Of a stretch of 64,000 nucleotides of DNA, positions 46,804 to 56,328 are shown in pieces. Made by a program: the position numbers and the translations under genes. A model generated the notes under the pieces. That model saw nothing but the letters and a program-made list of their open reading frames with translations. It was not told the origin of the DNA and did not search any database. Position 1 is the stretch's first letter. Each line of letters starts with the position of its first letter. Source of the stretch: a virus; the IMG/VR virus record IMGVR_UViG_3300042197_000370. One strand, 5' to 3'.

Positions 46804-48348
46804 TTAACCTAGCACAGCATAGAAGGGTAATGGGGCTATGATTTCATCGTGGTCACGTATTTGTGTCTCTAAATCATAGTGGAAATCGCTTAGTTGCTGT
46901 AGCATTCTAACGATTAATAACGATGCCATAACCAAATCGTCTGTTTCCCCAACTTTGGCTTTATAACTACCCTCAAGTGCTACAAACGTCTTTAGTTCTC
47001 CTATAAGACTACGACTATATAAAGTCATTTTCTTACTTTCTAATAACGTTTTAAATTTAGCACATGCTGTTAATTTGACTTTGTGTGTAGTGTTAAAGCC
47101 CTTACGCTTCTTACCCGGCTCACTTAAGAATATACCCGGGATATTGCTTTCGCCATATTCTGCTAGTGACACCAATGCCGCTTCACCTATACTGTTATTT
47201 TCAATAGAATAATAAAGGTTATTCGGCTCACCGGTGCACTCTACAATGTGTTTGTTTATTTGTGCTAATAGTTTAACTTGATTTGGAATATCCGTCTTAT
47301 TATGCTTCCACTCACCTATTTGTGTAGTAGTGTTAGCCTCGTAAATTTGAATAGCAGCAGGATCACTTCCTGTTCCTAAACTGGGATCAAGACCAACTGC
47401 ATAAATATTGCCCTTTGTTGGTTTCTTATACCAACGTACCTGACCCATACGGCTAACAGGTTCTATACCTTCTAGGTCAATTAATGTAGTAGGAGCAATC
47501 AATGTCTCATCAGCAATAATGAACTCGCAACCAATTTCACGACGGAAACGATCCTCGCCTAATTGTGCTTTAATTTGTTCAGCCCAGGCTTCATCACGAC
47601 CGGGCTGTTCACTCCAGTGCGCTCTATAGGCTCTGAAACCGTTAGTACCTAACTCTGTAGTATTGCCGAAATCATCTTCAGTTTTATTAGCACCCTTCCA
47701 AATCAATGCGAATTGGTCTTCGTCACTGTTTGGAGTGCTAGTGATAATTGCTTTACCACCAGTGGATAAGGTAGGCGTGATAGAGGTCCAAAACAATTCA
47801 GCAATGGAAGGTCTAACGAATGCGAACTCGTCTAAGTATAGCAATGAAATAGACATACCACGACCCGTATTTTCCGTCGTGGTTGCTGAAACAATTCTTG
47901 ATCCATTTTCAAAATCAAGTGACCCCTTGTTATAGGTTGTCACGCCTGCCTTAATATGCATGGGACAGTTTTCGTATGCATAACGAATACGTTGCATAAT
48001 TTCCTGTGCGCCTGTGTACTTGTGTGCGGCGATAAGAATAGTACTATCAGGTACGAACATAGCATACCATAATAGATATCCGGCTGCACTAGTTGACTTA
48101 CCACTCTGTCGTGGCATCAAACTAATACTATAACGATAGTTGTGATATGTTTCTATTAATCTTCTTTGATATGGCCATGGATGATACACCATGCTACCAC
48201 GGGTAGGGTGCTGTATCATAAAAAAGTTATCCATAAAATGTAGGTAACCTGTTTTGGGGTCACAACACTTAACAAAATCGTCTAACTCTTGTTGTGTTTT
48301 AAAAACAGTTTTTACATATGGATCTTTAATTAACGTCTGAGTACTCAT
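46804..48348 (-). CDS. terL: Terminase large subunit (T4 gp17-like)
   Basis: MPRQSGKST, LLYLDEFAF, IITSTPNS, RFRREIGCEF, VGLDPS and ETDDLVMA motifs. Confidence 0.95.
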   Translation of the reverse strand: MSTQTLIKDPYVKTVFKTQQELDDFVKCCDPKTGYLHFMDNFFMIQHPTRGSMVYHPWPYQRRLIETYHNYRYSISLMPRQSGKSTSAAGYLLWYAMFVPDSTILIAAHKYTGAQEIMQRIRYAYENCPMHIKAGVTTYNKGSLDFENGSRIVSATTTENTGRGMSISLLYLDEFAFVRPSIAELFWTSITPTLSTGGKAIITSTPNSDEDQFALIWKGANKTEDDFGNTTELGTNGFRAYRAHWSEQPGRDEAWAEQIKAQLGEDRFRREIGCEFIIADETLIAPTTLIDLEGIEPVSRMGQVRWYKKPTKGNIYAVGLDPSLGTGSDPAAIQIYEANTTTQIGEWKHNKTDIPNQVKLLAQINKHIVECTGEPNNLYYSIENNSIGEAALVSLAEYGESNIPGIFLSEPGKKRKGFNTTHKVKLTACAKFKTLLESKKMTLYSRSLIGELKTFVALEGSYKAKVGETDDLVMASLLIVRMLQQLSDFHYDLETQIRDHDEIIAPLPFYAVLG

Positions 48349-48356
48349 ACTGATAT

Positions 48357-49028
48357 TTATTTTGGAAATGCATCGTACAAAACTAATACTTCTTTTATTT
48401 TATTATACCACATTGAATGTAGTGTGTCTGCTATAGGTGGTAATTCAATATCTAGTGGTTTGAGTGATTCACGTATATACTGCGAACCGTACTCTGTAAA
48501 AATCAGTTCGCTTTCTAGTATTAAGCCGTTGTTATGATTGACTTCTATACTGTTCCAAGAAGGATAAAATGGAAACATATATCTTTCTTTATTTGGAGTA
48601 AAACCATATAAGTTAATGCGATTATAAGGGACCGTGTTTTCTTTTGGATAACTAATCATTATCCAAAAGGCATCGGGTATTCTAGAAAGATTTTTATAAT
48701 CAATATCTATTTCTGCGTAACAATGTTCGTGACCGTTAAAGATATTGATAGTGTCGTTTTCTAAAAGTATTTTTACTTGTTCTTCGTCTTTTAATTGATC
48801 TAAGTTATTATATTCTGCAAAATGAAATAGTAACCCCTTTATGCTATCCAAATGATTCGTTTTTGGTCCGTAATATATTTCATCCACTTTTGATTTATAA
48901 TCTGCATACAAATCTTCCAAATAATTATCACTTTTGAATCTTGGTGTAAATTTTGAATTAGTGCTAATTAAATTTGCTAAATGATTACCACCGCAACCAC
49001 CGGGATATAGTATAAACAGATTCTTCAT
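48357..49028 (-). CDS. Hypothetical protein, GGNH paralog 2
   Basis: LYPGGCGGNHLANLIS...LHSMWY. Confidence 0.65.
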   Translation of the reverse strand: MKNLFILYPGGCGGNHLANLISTNSKFTPRFKSDNYLEDLYADYKSKVDEIYYGPKTNHLDSIKGLLFHFAEYNNLDQLKDEEQVKILLENDTINIFNGHEHCYAEIDIDYKNLSRIPDAFWIMISYPKENTVPYNRINLYGFTPNKERYMFPFYPSWNSIEVNHNNGLILESELIFTEYGSQYIRESLKPLDIELPPIADTLHSMWYNKIKEVLVLYDAFPK

Positions 49029-49031
49029 GCA

Positions 49032-50654
49032 TTAAGTTATCTCTTGCCACTCTAAACTTGCATATACATCCATATTAGTGCCTGTAGTAGCCATCATGAT
49101 GACATACTCGTATGCTACTCCTGTGAATGGTTCACGCTCAAGTTGATATTCAAATCCAAATGCTTCTTGTGTAGGTGCGCTACTGCTTTGATTACTTGAG
49201 TTAATGAATGACTGCTCTGCGATATCTCCACTGACCAATGCTGTTGGAGCAAGATTATATTGAACGGCACTGTCTGCCGCGCTATCTACCCATGTACCAC
49301 CACTTGTTATGGCTCGTTTATAAACACGGAATTGGAATATACTCTGTGATACAGGTACTAAACTATAGTTGATAGGTACGACTACTGCATCAAGCATAGT
49401 GCTTTTCAATCTTATAGCGATAACAGGTAAGAAACTATTATCGTTTGGTAATCTTACAGGACTACCTAAAATGTGTGAGGCTGCTTTTGGATTGCCTGAT
49501 CCTGTTAGTTGGAATCCACCTTCACTAATCACGCTTGAGCAAACTTGACGTAACATACTTGCTGACGCTGTTGCACCAGTGTTTGTTATCTCATAACGCA
49601 ATGGCAGTGTAGCAGTTGTCATGTATGTTGTAGTATTATCAGCAGTGGCAGTGCTTGGTGTGTTGGCGTGATTGAATGTATGACAAGTAATGAATATGCC
49701 ATCGATCACGAATCCTACTCTAACGCTACCTACACCTAACCATTCAATATCACAGAACCATATCTGATCTAATGCTGGATTCAATGTGATACCACTAGGA
49801 TTATTGGCACCTCCGGCACCGTTCAACCTGTCACCGTTCCAATTTGCCTGCGCTATCCTATCTTCTACTATCGCTCCTGAACTACTGCTACGAATGACCA
49901 TATTCAATGTAGTACCATTGACTTCAAAGAATACACCATTGTCTTGACTAAAATAACCTGCTCGTTGACGCAAATTTGCTTTTGGTGTATTCATACAGAA
50001 TGTATGAAATATCAATAAACTCTTACCAGGCTGATATGGAAATGTTTTAGTTGTCTCTCTTTGTACGCTATCACCATTACCAGTAGAAACATTCAATTCA
50101 AATGTACTTGAGTTACTATTATAGACCACGTTTGCTGTTCCGGCAATATTTGAACTAAACTGTTCGTGGTCATAATATCTTGCCTGTGTATCAAATATTG
50201 TATATGGATTGCTGACACGCAAGCGACCAAACGCATCGGTTGCCTCATCAGCAAATGCTACACTTGCTGTGCCTGTGATTCCTACATTGCCTGATACGAT
50301 CCATGGATCAGTGCCCTGTGTGACTTCTACGCTATTGTCAATGTTGACATTACCAGTGACATTGGCTTCAACATTGCCCTCAACTATCCAGGGGCTAGTG
50401 CCTTGTAATACTGTGACATTACCAGCATCGATATTGATATTGCCGCTGACGGGCATTGTATTGCCACTTACATCGATGTTTCCTATAGCATCCACTGTAA
50501 TGTTACTTACGATAACATTGCCTGCTATCGTGACATTTCCGCCTACTATGCTGGAACGCACATGGACTTGACCTGTTACACTATCAAGTTCAAGGGCCTG
50601 CGTGATGTTGCGCAGGTACCAAGGGGAAACTTCGGCGGGTTCTGGATATGCCAT
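49032..50654 (-). CDS. Putative virion structural protein
   Basis: N-terminal GNV repeats (QGTSPWIVEGNV / QGTDPWIVSGNV); DAFGRLRVS and EWLGVGSVRVGF motifs; late promoter. Confidence 0.65.
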   Translation of the reverse strand: MAYPEPAEVSPWYLRNITQALELDSVTGQVHVRSSIVGGNVTIAGNVIVSNITVDAIGNIDVSGNTMPVSGNINIDAGNVTVLQGTSPWIVEGNVEANVTGNVNIDNSVEVTQGTDPWIVSGNVGITGTASVAFADEATDAFGRLRVSNPYTIFDTQARYYDHEQFSSNIAGTANVVYNSNSSTFELNVSTGNGDSVQRETTKTFPYQPGKSLLIFHTFCMNTPKANLRQRAGYFSQDNGVFFEVNGTTLNMVIRSSSSGAIVEDRIAQANWNGDRLNGAGGANNPSGITLNPALDQIWFCDIEWLGVGSVRVGFVIDGIFITCHTFNHANTPSTATADNTTTYMTTATLPLRYEITNTGATASASMLRQVCSSVISEGGFQLTGSGNPKAASHILGSPVRLPNDNSFLPVIAIRLKSTMLDAVVVPINYSLVPVSQSIFQFRVYKRAITSGGTWVDSAADSAVQYNLAPTALVSGDIAEQSFINSSNQSSSAPTQEAFGFEYQLEREPFTGVAYEYVIMMATTGTNMDVYASLEWQEIT

Positions 50655-50678
50655 AATATACTCTCTAAGTTAGAGTAT

Positions 50679-51350
50679 TTATGCTCTCACTGTAACAAGT
50701 TCGTACCAAAACTTATGCAGTATGGCATGTTTGGTATCTATACTAAATCTCAAATTTTCTAGTAGTTTTTGATTTAGTAACTTAAATCCATCATCAGTAA
50801 ATAAATCTACAGAATTAATTAGAAATCCATTATCTTCTGTAATGAAATCTACTTCTTTAAAATCAGTCATGTTAGAAGGTGGAAATCTACTGGGTAAATT
50901 ATAGTTCTTATAGGGATTAGTTTCGTTAAAATTATTGTTTTGATTCCTTATATAAGGTATAGAATCTAACTTAGGTTCAGTTAGTATAATTCCATAATAT
51001 GGTGCAAATTTATCTAACAATCCGTTACTGAATAAATTATGAAAATTTGTATAGTGCCCAGTAAACACATTCTTTTTATCATTTGATAACATCTGATTTA
51101 ACCAAATATCATCTTTATCGTAGTCGTTGATATGCTTTTGATTTACGTCAAAATGTACGTTTAGTGAATTAGCAGAATGATCCCTACGTTGAGCATGAAT
51201 ACTCACATAGTTGAAATACATAGTCTCTTCGTACTCATCTTCCCAAACATATTTAGGATTAAATGTTGGATGCAAACTGATTAAGTTTGCTATATGGTTA
51301 CCCCCGCATGCGGGGGGATAGATTACAAATAGATTTTTAAAATCTATCAT
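50679..51350 (-). CDS. Hypothetical protein, GGNH paralog 3
   Basis: IYPPACGGNHIANLISL...LHKFWY. Confidence 0.65.
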   Translation of the reverse strand: MIDFKNLFVIYPPACGGNHIANLISLHPTFNPKYVWEDEYEETMYFNYVSIHAQRRDHSANSLNVHFDVNQKHINDYDKDDIWLNQMLSNDKKNVFTGHYTNFHNLFSNGLLDKFAPYYGIILTEPKLDSIPYIRNQNNNFNETNPYKNYNLPSRFPPSNMTDFKEVDFITEDNGFLINSVDLFTDDGFKLLNQKLLENLRFSIDTKHAILHKFWYELVTVRA

Positions 51351-52045
51351 TTAATATCTAGAGGTCTTTGCTTTACTGCTAGTATGCAATAATATTTTTC
51401 TCTAACGTTTTTAGGGTTACCGTCTCTGTCAGGCACACTCAAATCAAACTCTAGATTATTAAACTTCTCAATATTGAATCCTGTGCGTGTCAATAATGCA
51501 GCCAACTGATTTTGTCCTAAAATGCTATAGTGATTTAAATTAAACTCATGCATTCTATCGCAATCAGGAGCGGGTACTTCAATATAAATTCGTCCACCCT
51601 GCTTAAGGATACGATTATATTCCATTAAACTAAAGATTGGATATGGACTATGTTCTAGTGCATGACGTAAGAAAATGAAGTCTACACTTTCATCATAGTA
51701 TCCATCTTTTTGTGGTATAAAACTTAAGTCATAGCGTTTGATGGTGTGACCCTTATCTTCACACAATTTAACATCACCGGGACTTAGTGTAACTCCTGTT
51801 ACATCAGTATATCCGCGTTGTTTCATCTCATCTAGGAAGTAGCCTGGGCCGCAACCTAAATCTAATATCTTAGAATTTTTTGAGAGATTTAATGGGTCAA
51901 TATATGACGTTACAACTTCAGCGGTTAATTGCTTATGAAAGGGGCTATCACCCTCATCGTAGATATGGGCTGTATAAAGCCACTCGTTATAAAACTTAAG
52001 TTTTACTAAATCAAGTGTGTTATTGATATCAATTAAATTTTGCAT
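51347..52045 (-). CDS. Class I SAM-dependent methyltransferase
   Basis: ILDLGCGPG motif I; FLRHALEH; LKQGGRIYIEVP. Confidence 0.88.
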   Translation of the reverse strand: MQNLIDINNTLDLVKLKFYNEWLYTAHIYDEGDSPFHKQLTAEVVTSYIDPLNLSKNSKILDLGCGPGYFLDEMKQRGYTDVTGVTLSPGDVKLCEDKGHTIKRYDLSFIPQKDGYYDESVDFIFLRHALEHSPYPIFSLMEYNRILKQGGRIYIEVPAPDCDRMHEFNLNHYSILGQNQLAALLTRTGFNIEKFNNLEFDLSVPDRDGNPKNVREKYYCILAVKQRPLDIK

Positions 52046-52094
52046 GAGAATCCTGTACTGTTATGTCAATACTTATTCTCTGAAACCAGCAAAT

Positions 52095-52469
52095 TTATTT
52101 TTTCTTGTATCCTTTAAAAGGCTTTATTGGACTTTGAATATTAGTACCGGGTAATTCATCACTATTCAAATCACCATGATTTAAGTCTGTAGTGTCACTA
52201 CCCACTGCCTTAAAGGCCTGCTTTAGCATTTTATGTTCTACATCAGTATATGGGTGCGCAGTATTATATCTACCACTCCATGTTTCGGCATCTAATTCTA
52301 AAGGAGTAGTACCATCTGCACAAGCAGTAGCCATCATAATACGATTTAGTTCGTATGTTCTGTCATACCCACCCGGATCACGAAACTTATGCAACCCTCT
52401 GGTAGCAAAACGTTGACGTTTCGTAGGATGACCTATAGTACGTTCTATAATAAACTCTTTTGCTCTCAT
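52095..52469 (-). CDS. Small putative internal head protein
   Basis: Probable start MRAKEFIIE at 52469, resembling the T4 capsid-targeting sequence. Confidence 0.65.
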   Translation of the reverse strand: MRAKEFIIERTIGHPTKRQRFATRGLHKFRDPGGYDRTYELNRIMMATACADGTTPLELDAETWSGRYNTAHPYTDVEHKMLKQAFKAVGSDTTDLNHGDLNSDELPGTNIQSPIKPFKGYKKK

Positions 52470-52470
52470 A

Positions 52471-53007
52471 TTAATCTTCTGTAGTAATGTTATAATCATT
52501 CTCAGTTGACATAACTTGTCCAATTGGATAGCCGTCTAATTGAATGTCTAGTCCTGGGATAGGATCACCAACATACATTATCTGTGAAGATATAAAATGA
52601 AATAGTGATGCTGTAGTATAAGGGTTAACTAAAACACGCACGTTAGAGCCAAAAACGTCCATGTCATAGTTGCATATTGAGTTACCAGTAAATGTAGTTG
52701 CATATCCTGTAAATTTAACGTCTGTACCTGATGCATTTATTTGTGCAGATAATGTTACGTTCTGAGCATCATCCGTACCTGGATCATTGGATCTAATAAT
52801 AAAGACACCATTAGTAAATCCACTTACAGGTGTTTCAAATATAACTTGGCCGGGAGTATTACCAGTACTGTATGTATTGCTTGTATTGACAAATGTGGCG
52901 AAAAGATTACTAAAATTATTATTAATCTTGCCAAAGGCAACACGTAACGGATCACCTTCGCCGTCATTAGGTAATGTACCTATATTAATTATTTGCTGTG
53001 TTGCCAT
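52471..53007 (-). CDS. Baseplate/fibre-like structural protein (gp9/gp10-type N-terminus)
   Basis: QQIINIGTLPNDGEGDPLRVAFGKINNNF. Confidence 0.7.
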   Translation of the reverse strand: MATQQIINIGTLPNDGEGDPLRVAFGKINNNFSNLFATFVNTSNTYSTGNTPGQVIFETPVSGFTNGVFIIRSNDPGTDDAQNVTLSAQINASGTDVKFTGYATTFTGNSICNYDMDVFGSNVRVLVNPYTTASLFHFISSQIMYVGDPIPGLDIQLDGYPIGQVMSTENDYNITTED

Positions 53008-53048
53008 ATCAATATTCCAAAGTTATACTGTATTTATCAGTATAAGAC

Positions 53049-53309
53049 TTAGAAACCAAACCAGTTCTTTTTAGGGGGAGTTACTTTTACTGGATCGTTT
53101 TTGCACTTTTCAGCAAGTGCAATAGCGTTGATTTTAACACTGTCGCTTGCTCCCTTTGCAATCTCGCCTATAGCACCCCAGCATGCTGATTGCGCTACTG
53201 TTAAATCTTTACTAATTGCTTTGCTAGCATCATAGTATAACTGTTCTTTATTTGCAGTTGCACAGCCGGCTAATCCCAACGCAATAACTGCTACTATTAT
53301 TGTTTTCAT
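53049..53309 (-). CDS. Small lipoprotein
   Basis: MKTIIVAVIALGLAG-C lipobox. Confidence 0.7.
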   Translation of the reverse strand: MKTIIVAVIALGLAGCATANKEQLYYDASKAISKDLTVAQSACWGAIGEIAKGASDSVKINAIALAEKCKNDPVKVTPPKKNWFGF

Positions 53310-53317
53310 GTTACGCC

Positions 53318-53596
53318 TCATTTAATGTTTTCATATATTTTCTTTTGTGTTTCATACCACTCTTGCCAACCCTCTACCTTGGTTGAACACTGATAATACA
53401 ATGAGTAGTTATACACAACGGCTCTTAATAGTTCAGTAATCAGTACTTGATCACCTTCTACTTTTCTTAATTCTTCACATTTCTTTAGTAATTCGGGTGT
53501 AGCCTCTGGGAATTTAGGAACTACAGGTACCGGCTGTCTAAACAAACTGCACCCTGACAATATAACTACTAACGATAATGCTAGGATAAATCTCAT
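53318..53596 (-). CDS. Outer-membrane spanin (Rz1-like) lipoprotein
   Basis: ILSG-C lipobox; Pro-rich PVPVVPKFP; C...NY...C pattern. Confidence 0.7.
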   Translation of the reverse strand: MRFILALSLVVILSGCSLFRQPVPVVPKFPEATPELLKKCEELRKVEGDQVLITELLRAVVYNYSLYYQCSTKVEGWQEWYETQKKIYENIK

Positions 53597-54090
53597 TTCT
53601 TATCCCCTTTATTCATTCCTGCAGCCTGATTGTGAATGTCTATAAGTTCTTTGGGGACAGGGCAAATTTCTACATATTTGATAACTTCTTCGACTCTAAC
53701 TCTTTCAGGTCCTTCTATAGTTTTTAAAACTTCTCTATCTCTATATCTATCTACATATTTTACAATCGTTTCGCCTTTTTGCTTAATTACGTCAGTTTTA
53801 TTTGTTAATGCTGCCTGCAACTCAGTATTCGCTTTTGCAGCCTCGGCCTCTGCTTTAGCAACTTGTGCTTCAACTTCTTTTATCTTAAGTTGCCATTCTT
53901 TATTGTCTGCCAATCCGCCCTCAAGATATAGGCCAAAAGCAAACACAATCAGACTGATTATTTTAATGGGCAGTAGATATCTATTAATAAAGGGTATGAA
54001 ACCCAATACAAATCCTGCGATTACTCCTAGTAATCCTACTGAAAATATAAGATGTATGACCCATTCGGGGGCGATTGTAAAGATCCACAT
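53593..54090 (-). CDS. Inner-membrane spanin (Rz-like)
   Basis: N-terminal hydrophobic segments, then coiled coil, C-terminal CPVP; directly upstream of the o-spanin candidate. Confidence 0.65.
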   Translation of the reverse strand: MWIFTIAPEWVIHLIFSVGLLGVIAGFVLGFIPFINRYLLPIKIISLIVFAFGLYLEGGLADNKEWQLKIKEVEAQVAKAEAEAAKANTELQAALTNKTDVIKQKGETIVKYVDRYRDREVLKTIEGPERVRVEEVIKYVEICPVPKELIDIHNQAAGMNKGDKK

Positions 54091-54094
54091 AAAC

Positions 54095-55171
54095 TTATTT
54101 ATCGTAGAATTGGCGCACTACGGAGGAAATGTACTCTACTTCCCCGTCGGTCAATTCTGGATAAATGGGTAGACTTAATACGCCCCTAGTTAACATAACG
54201 CTGGTGCTAACCATGTCGGGTTTTTTGAGGTGCGTTGATATTGGTAACTCACTTAGTGCGTGTGTATAATGTACTTTAGATTCTATATTATGTTTTTTCA
54301 AATGTTCGTGTAGGTCATCCCTACGGTCTGTATAAATCACAAACTTTTGATCCGCATGTACTTGAAAATCTCTGCTTAAACAATGTATGGGTAAATTCTT
54401 AAATTGTTCCAGATAATAATATCTGATTTGCTTCCTACGCCATTGCCAATTGTCAAGGTGTCTTGAACGTACTAATAAATGTGCGCAATCTAGTTCACTC
54501 ATTCTGCTATTAGTTCCTGACATTTGATGCCAATCAGGTTTACCGTTGCTACGATAGTTATACGCAAACTCATATAGTTCTCTATCATTAGTAACAATAG
54601 CACCGCCATTACCACTAGCAGGTAAATTCTTAGTAGGATCAAAACTGATAGCCATACCAATGCCCATTGTGTTCTTGTCTGCTATCAGCCAATGTTGCGC
54701 ACCGTCAACAATATGATTAGAAGTAGCATCAGGTGTTCTAGCACCATAAAGCCCTACCATACATATGTATGAAAACATTTGCAACCTGTCTATGTGTTCT
54801 TGATTGATTAGTCCATTCTTGTCGGTATCGACTAGTTCAATATCCCAATCAGCATTTATAAATGCATTTAATGTAGCAGGGTAAGTTATGTTAGGGATAT
54901 AGACGCTAGGTTTTAGTTCTGAACGCATTGTGATGAACCACTGTGATCTTACAAACAATGCTATGATTTCTAATGCCTGTGTGCCACTATGTACGGTTAC
55001 TGCAAAATCCGTACCCGTCTTTAATGCTAACCAAGTTTCAAACTTATTGGTAAAAGGGCCGCTCATAAGGCAGCCCTCTTTCAATGCTTGATTGGTTGCG
55101 TCTAGTAATTCTTCTTTAAGATTGCGATACTGTCTTGCTAAGCCAAAATGGGCTATTGCTGAGCCATTCAT
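54095..55171 (-). CDS. DegT/DnrJ/EryC1/StrS-family sugar aminotransferase
   Basis: SGTQALE, VDGAQ, SFDPTKNLPASGNGG and NSRMSE motifs. Confidence 0.9.
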   Translation of the reverse strand: MNGSAIAHFGLARQYRNLKEELLDATNQALKEGCLMSGPFTNKFETWLALKTGTDFAVTVHSGTQALEIIALFVRSQWFITMRSELKPSVYIPNITYPATLNAFINADWDIELVDTDKNGLINQEHIDRLQMFSYICMVGLYGARTPDATSNHIVDGAQHWLIADKNTMGIGMAISFDPTKNLPASGNGGAIVTNDRELYEFAYNYRSNGKPDWHQMSGTNSRMSELDCAHLLVRSRHLDNWQWRRKQIRYYYLEQFKNLPIHCLSRDFQVHADQKFVIYTDRRDDLHEHLKKHNIESKVHYTHALSELPISTHLKKPDMVSTSVMLTRGVLSLPIYPELTDGEVEYISSVVRQFYDK

Positions 55172-56096
55172 AATATTTTTGAAAACCTTCTTCTACATCA
55201 ACCTGTGGATCATAACCAAAGTCACGTTTGGCTGCGTCAATGTTCAATGCACCGCGACTAGGGAAATCTAAGTCACGATCTTTAACATCAATAGTGCCCT
55301 TGCCTACAATCTTAACCGCTAGTTGGGCAGCATATAATAAACTTCTACTATGGCTTTTTGTCATATTGTAGGTTTTATTGTCTGTGTTAGAACTGAGTGA
55401 GGCACTGACAATTCCTTTGGCTGCATCGTCAACATATGTGAAGTCGAGGGTTTCTCCTGCTCCATTAACCTTGAGCATTCCATCTCGCATTGCAGTGAGC
55501 ATAAACTTTGCAATAACTCTATCTTCCACATCAAGAGGCCCGTATACTGCGCTAGGACGAATAATAACATGACTAAAATGACCTCGGCGTGTGTAATCTT
55601 TAACAAGGTGTTCTCCTGCAAGTTTTAAAATTCCATATTGACCTTGAGGCTTGCAATTATAATCCTCGGTCACATCATCGGGAAATGTCCCGTATACCAT
55701 ACTACTACTTATGTAAACAAATTTCTTTACATTGTATTTTTTGCTTAACTCACATAAATTGAGTAATCCTTCACTCATCACACGACTACCAATTATTGGA
55801 TTAGCGTTGACAACTTTCTGTCTTGGGAAACTTGCCATGTGTATGACGATATCAAACTTGTTTGCGGCAAATAACCAATCTAAATTTTTTTGGTCACAAA
55901 TATCAAATTTGTAAATCAATGCTTTTTTGATTTTCTTCCTACGTTCTTTCATTAAGTAATCAATCTCATCTTGAGGAATGATTCCATAATTAGTTTGCGT
56001 ATCTGTAATGATTACGTCATGATCTAAATTTTCTAATAGTTGAACTACATGGTGGCCTATAAGACCTAATCCACCTGTTACTAATATCTTACTCAT
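55116..56096 (-). CDS. NAD-dependent nucleotide-sugar epimerase/dehydratase
   Basis: TGGLGLIG, YISSSMVYG, YGILK, RPSAVYGP and DFTYVDD motifs. Confidence 0.9.
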   Translation of the reverse strand: MSKILVTGGLGLIGHHVVQLLENLDHDVIITDTQTNYGIIPQDEIDYLMKERRKKIKKALIYKFDICDQKNLDWLFAANKFDIVIHMASFPRQKVVNANPIIGSRVMSEGLLNLCELSKKYNVKKFVYISSSMVYGTFPDDVTEDYNCKPQGQYGILKLAGEHLVKDYTRRGHFSHVIIRPSAVYGPLDVEDRVIAKFMLTAMRDGMLKVNGAGETLDFTYVDDAAKGIVSASLSSNTDNKTYNMTKSHSRSLLYAAQLAVKIVGKGTIDVKDRDLDFPSRGALNIDAAKRDFGYDPQVDVEEGFQKYYEWLSNSPFWLSKTVSQS

Positions 56097-56328
56097 ATTT
56101 TAATTTCCAATAAGTTAATGACTTATCCTCTAGATAAGCAACTATATCATAGCGATATCCATACGTAGTAGGATCAGCACTCCTATGCCATTCTGGTTGT
56201 TGAACGCTGTTCTCCATAATGTACTTACCTGCTTCTGTTTGTTGCCACTGCCATATAGGTTCGGCGACAAATAGATCCGGATCTTCTACATCACCCATTT
56301 TAATACTATGGACTACAAGTTTTTTCAT
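56089..56328 (-). CDS. Small Trp-motif paralog (divergent)
   Basis: YLEDKSLTYWKLKY C-terminus. Confidence 0.65.
   Translation of the reverse strand: MKKLVVHSIKMGDVEDPDLFVAEPIWQWQQTEAGKYIMENSVQQPEWHRSADPTTYGYRYDIVAYLEDKSLTYWKLKYE

Noticed and set aside
53636-54172. 178-aa plus-strand ORF opposite the i-spanin
   Set aside because: Fully antisense to a well-supported gene, with no motifs; embedded o-spanins are on the same strand, and a separate o-spanin is already present.
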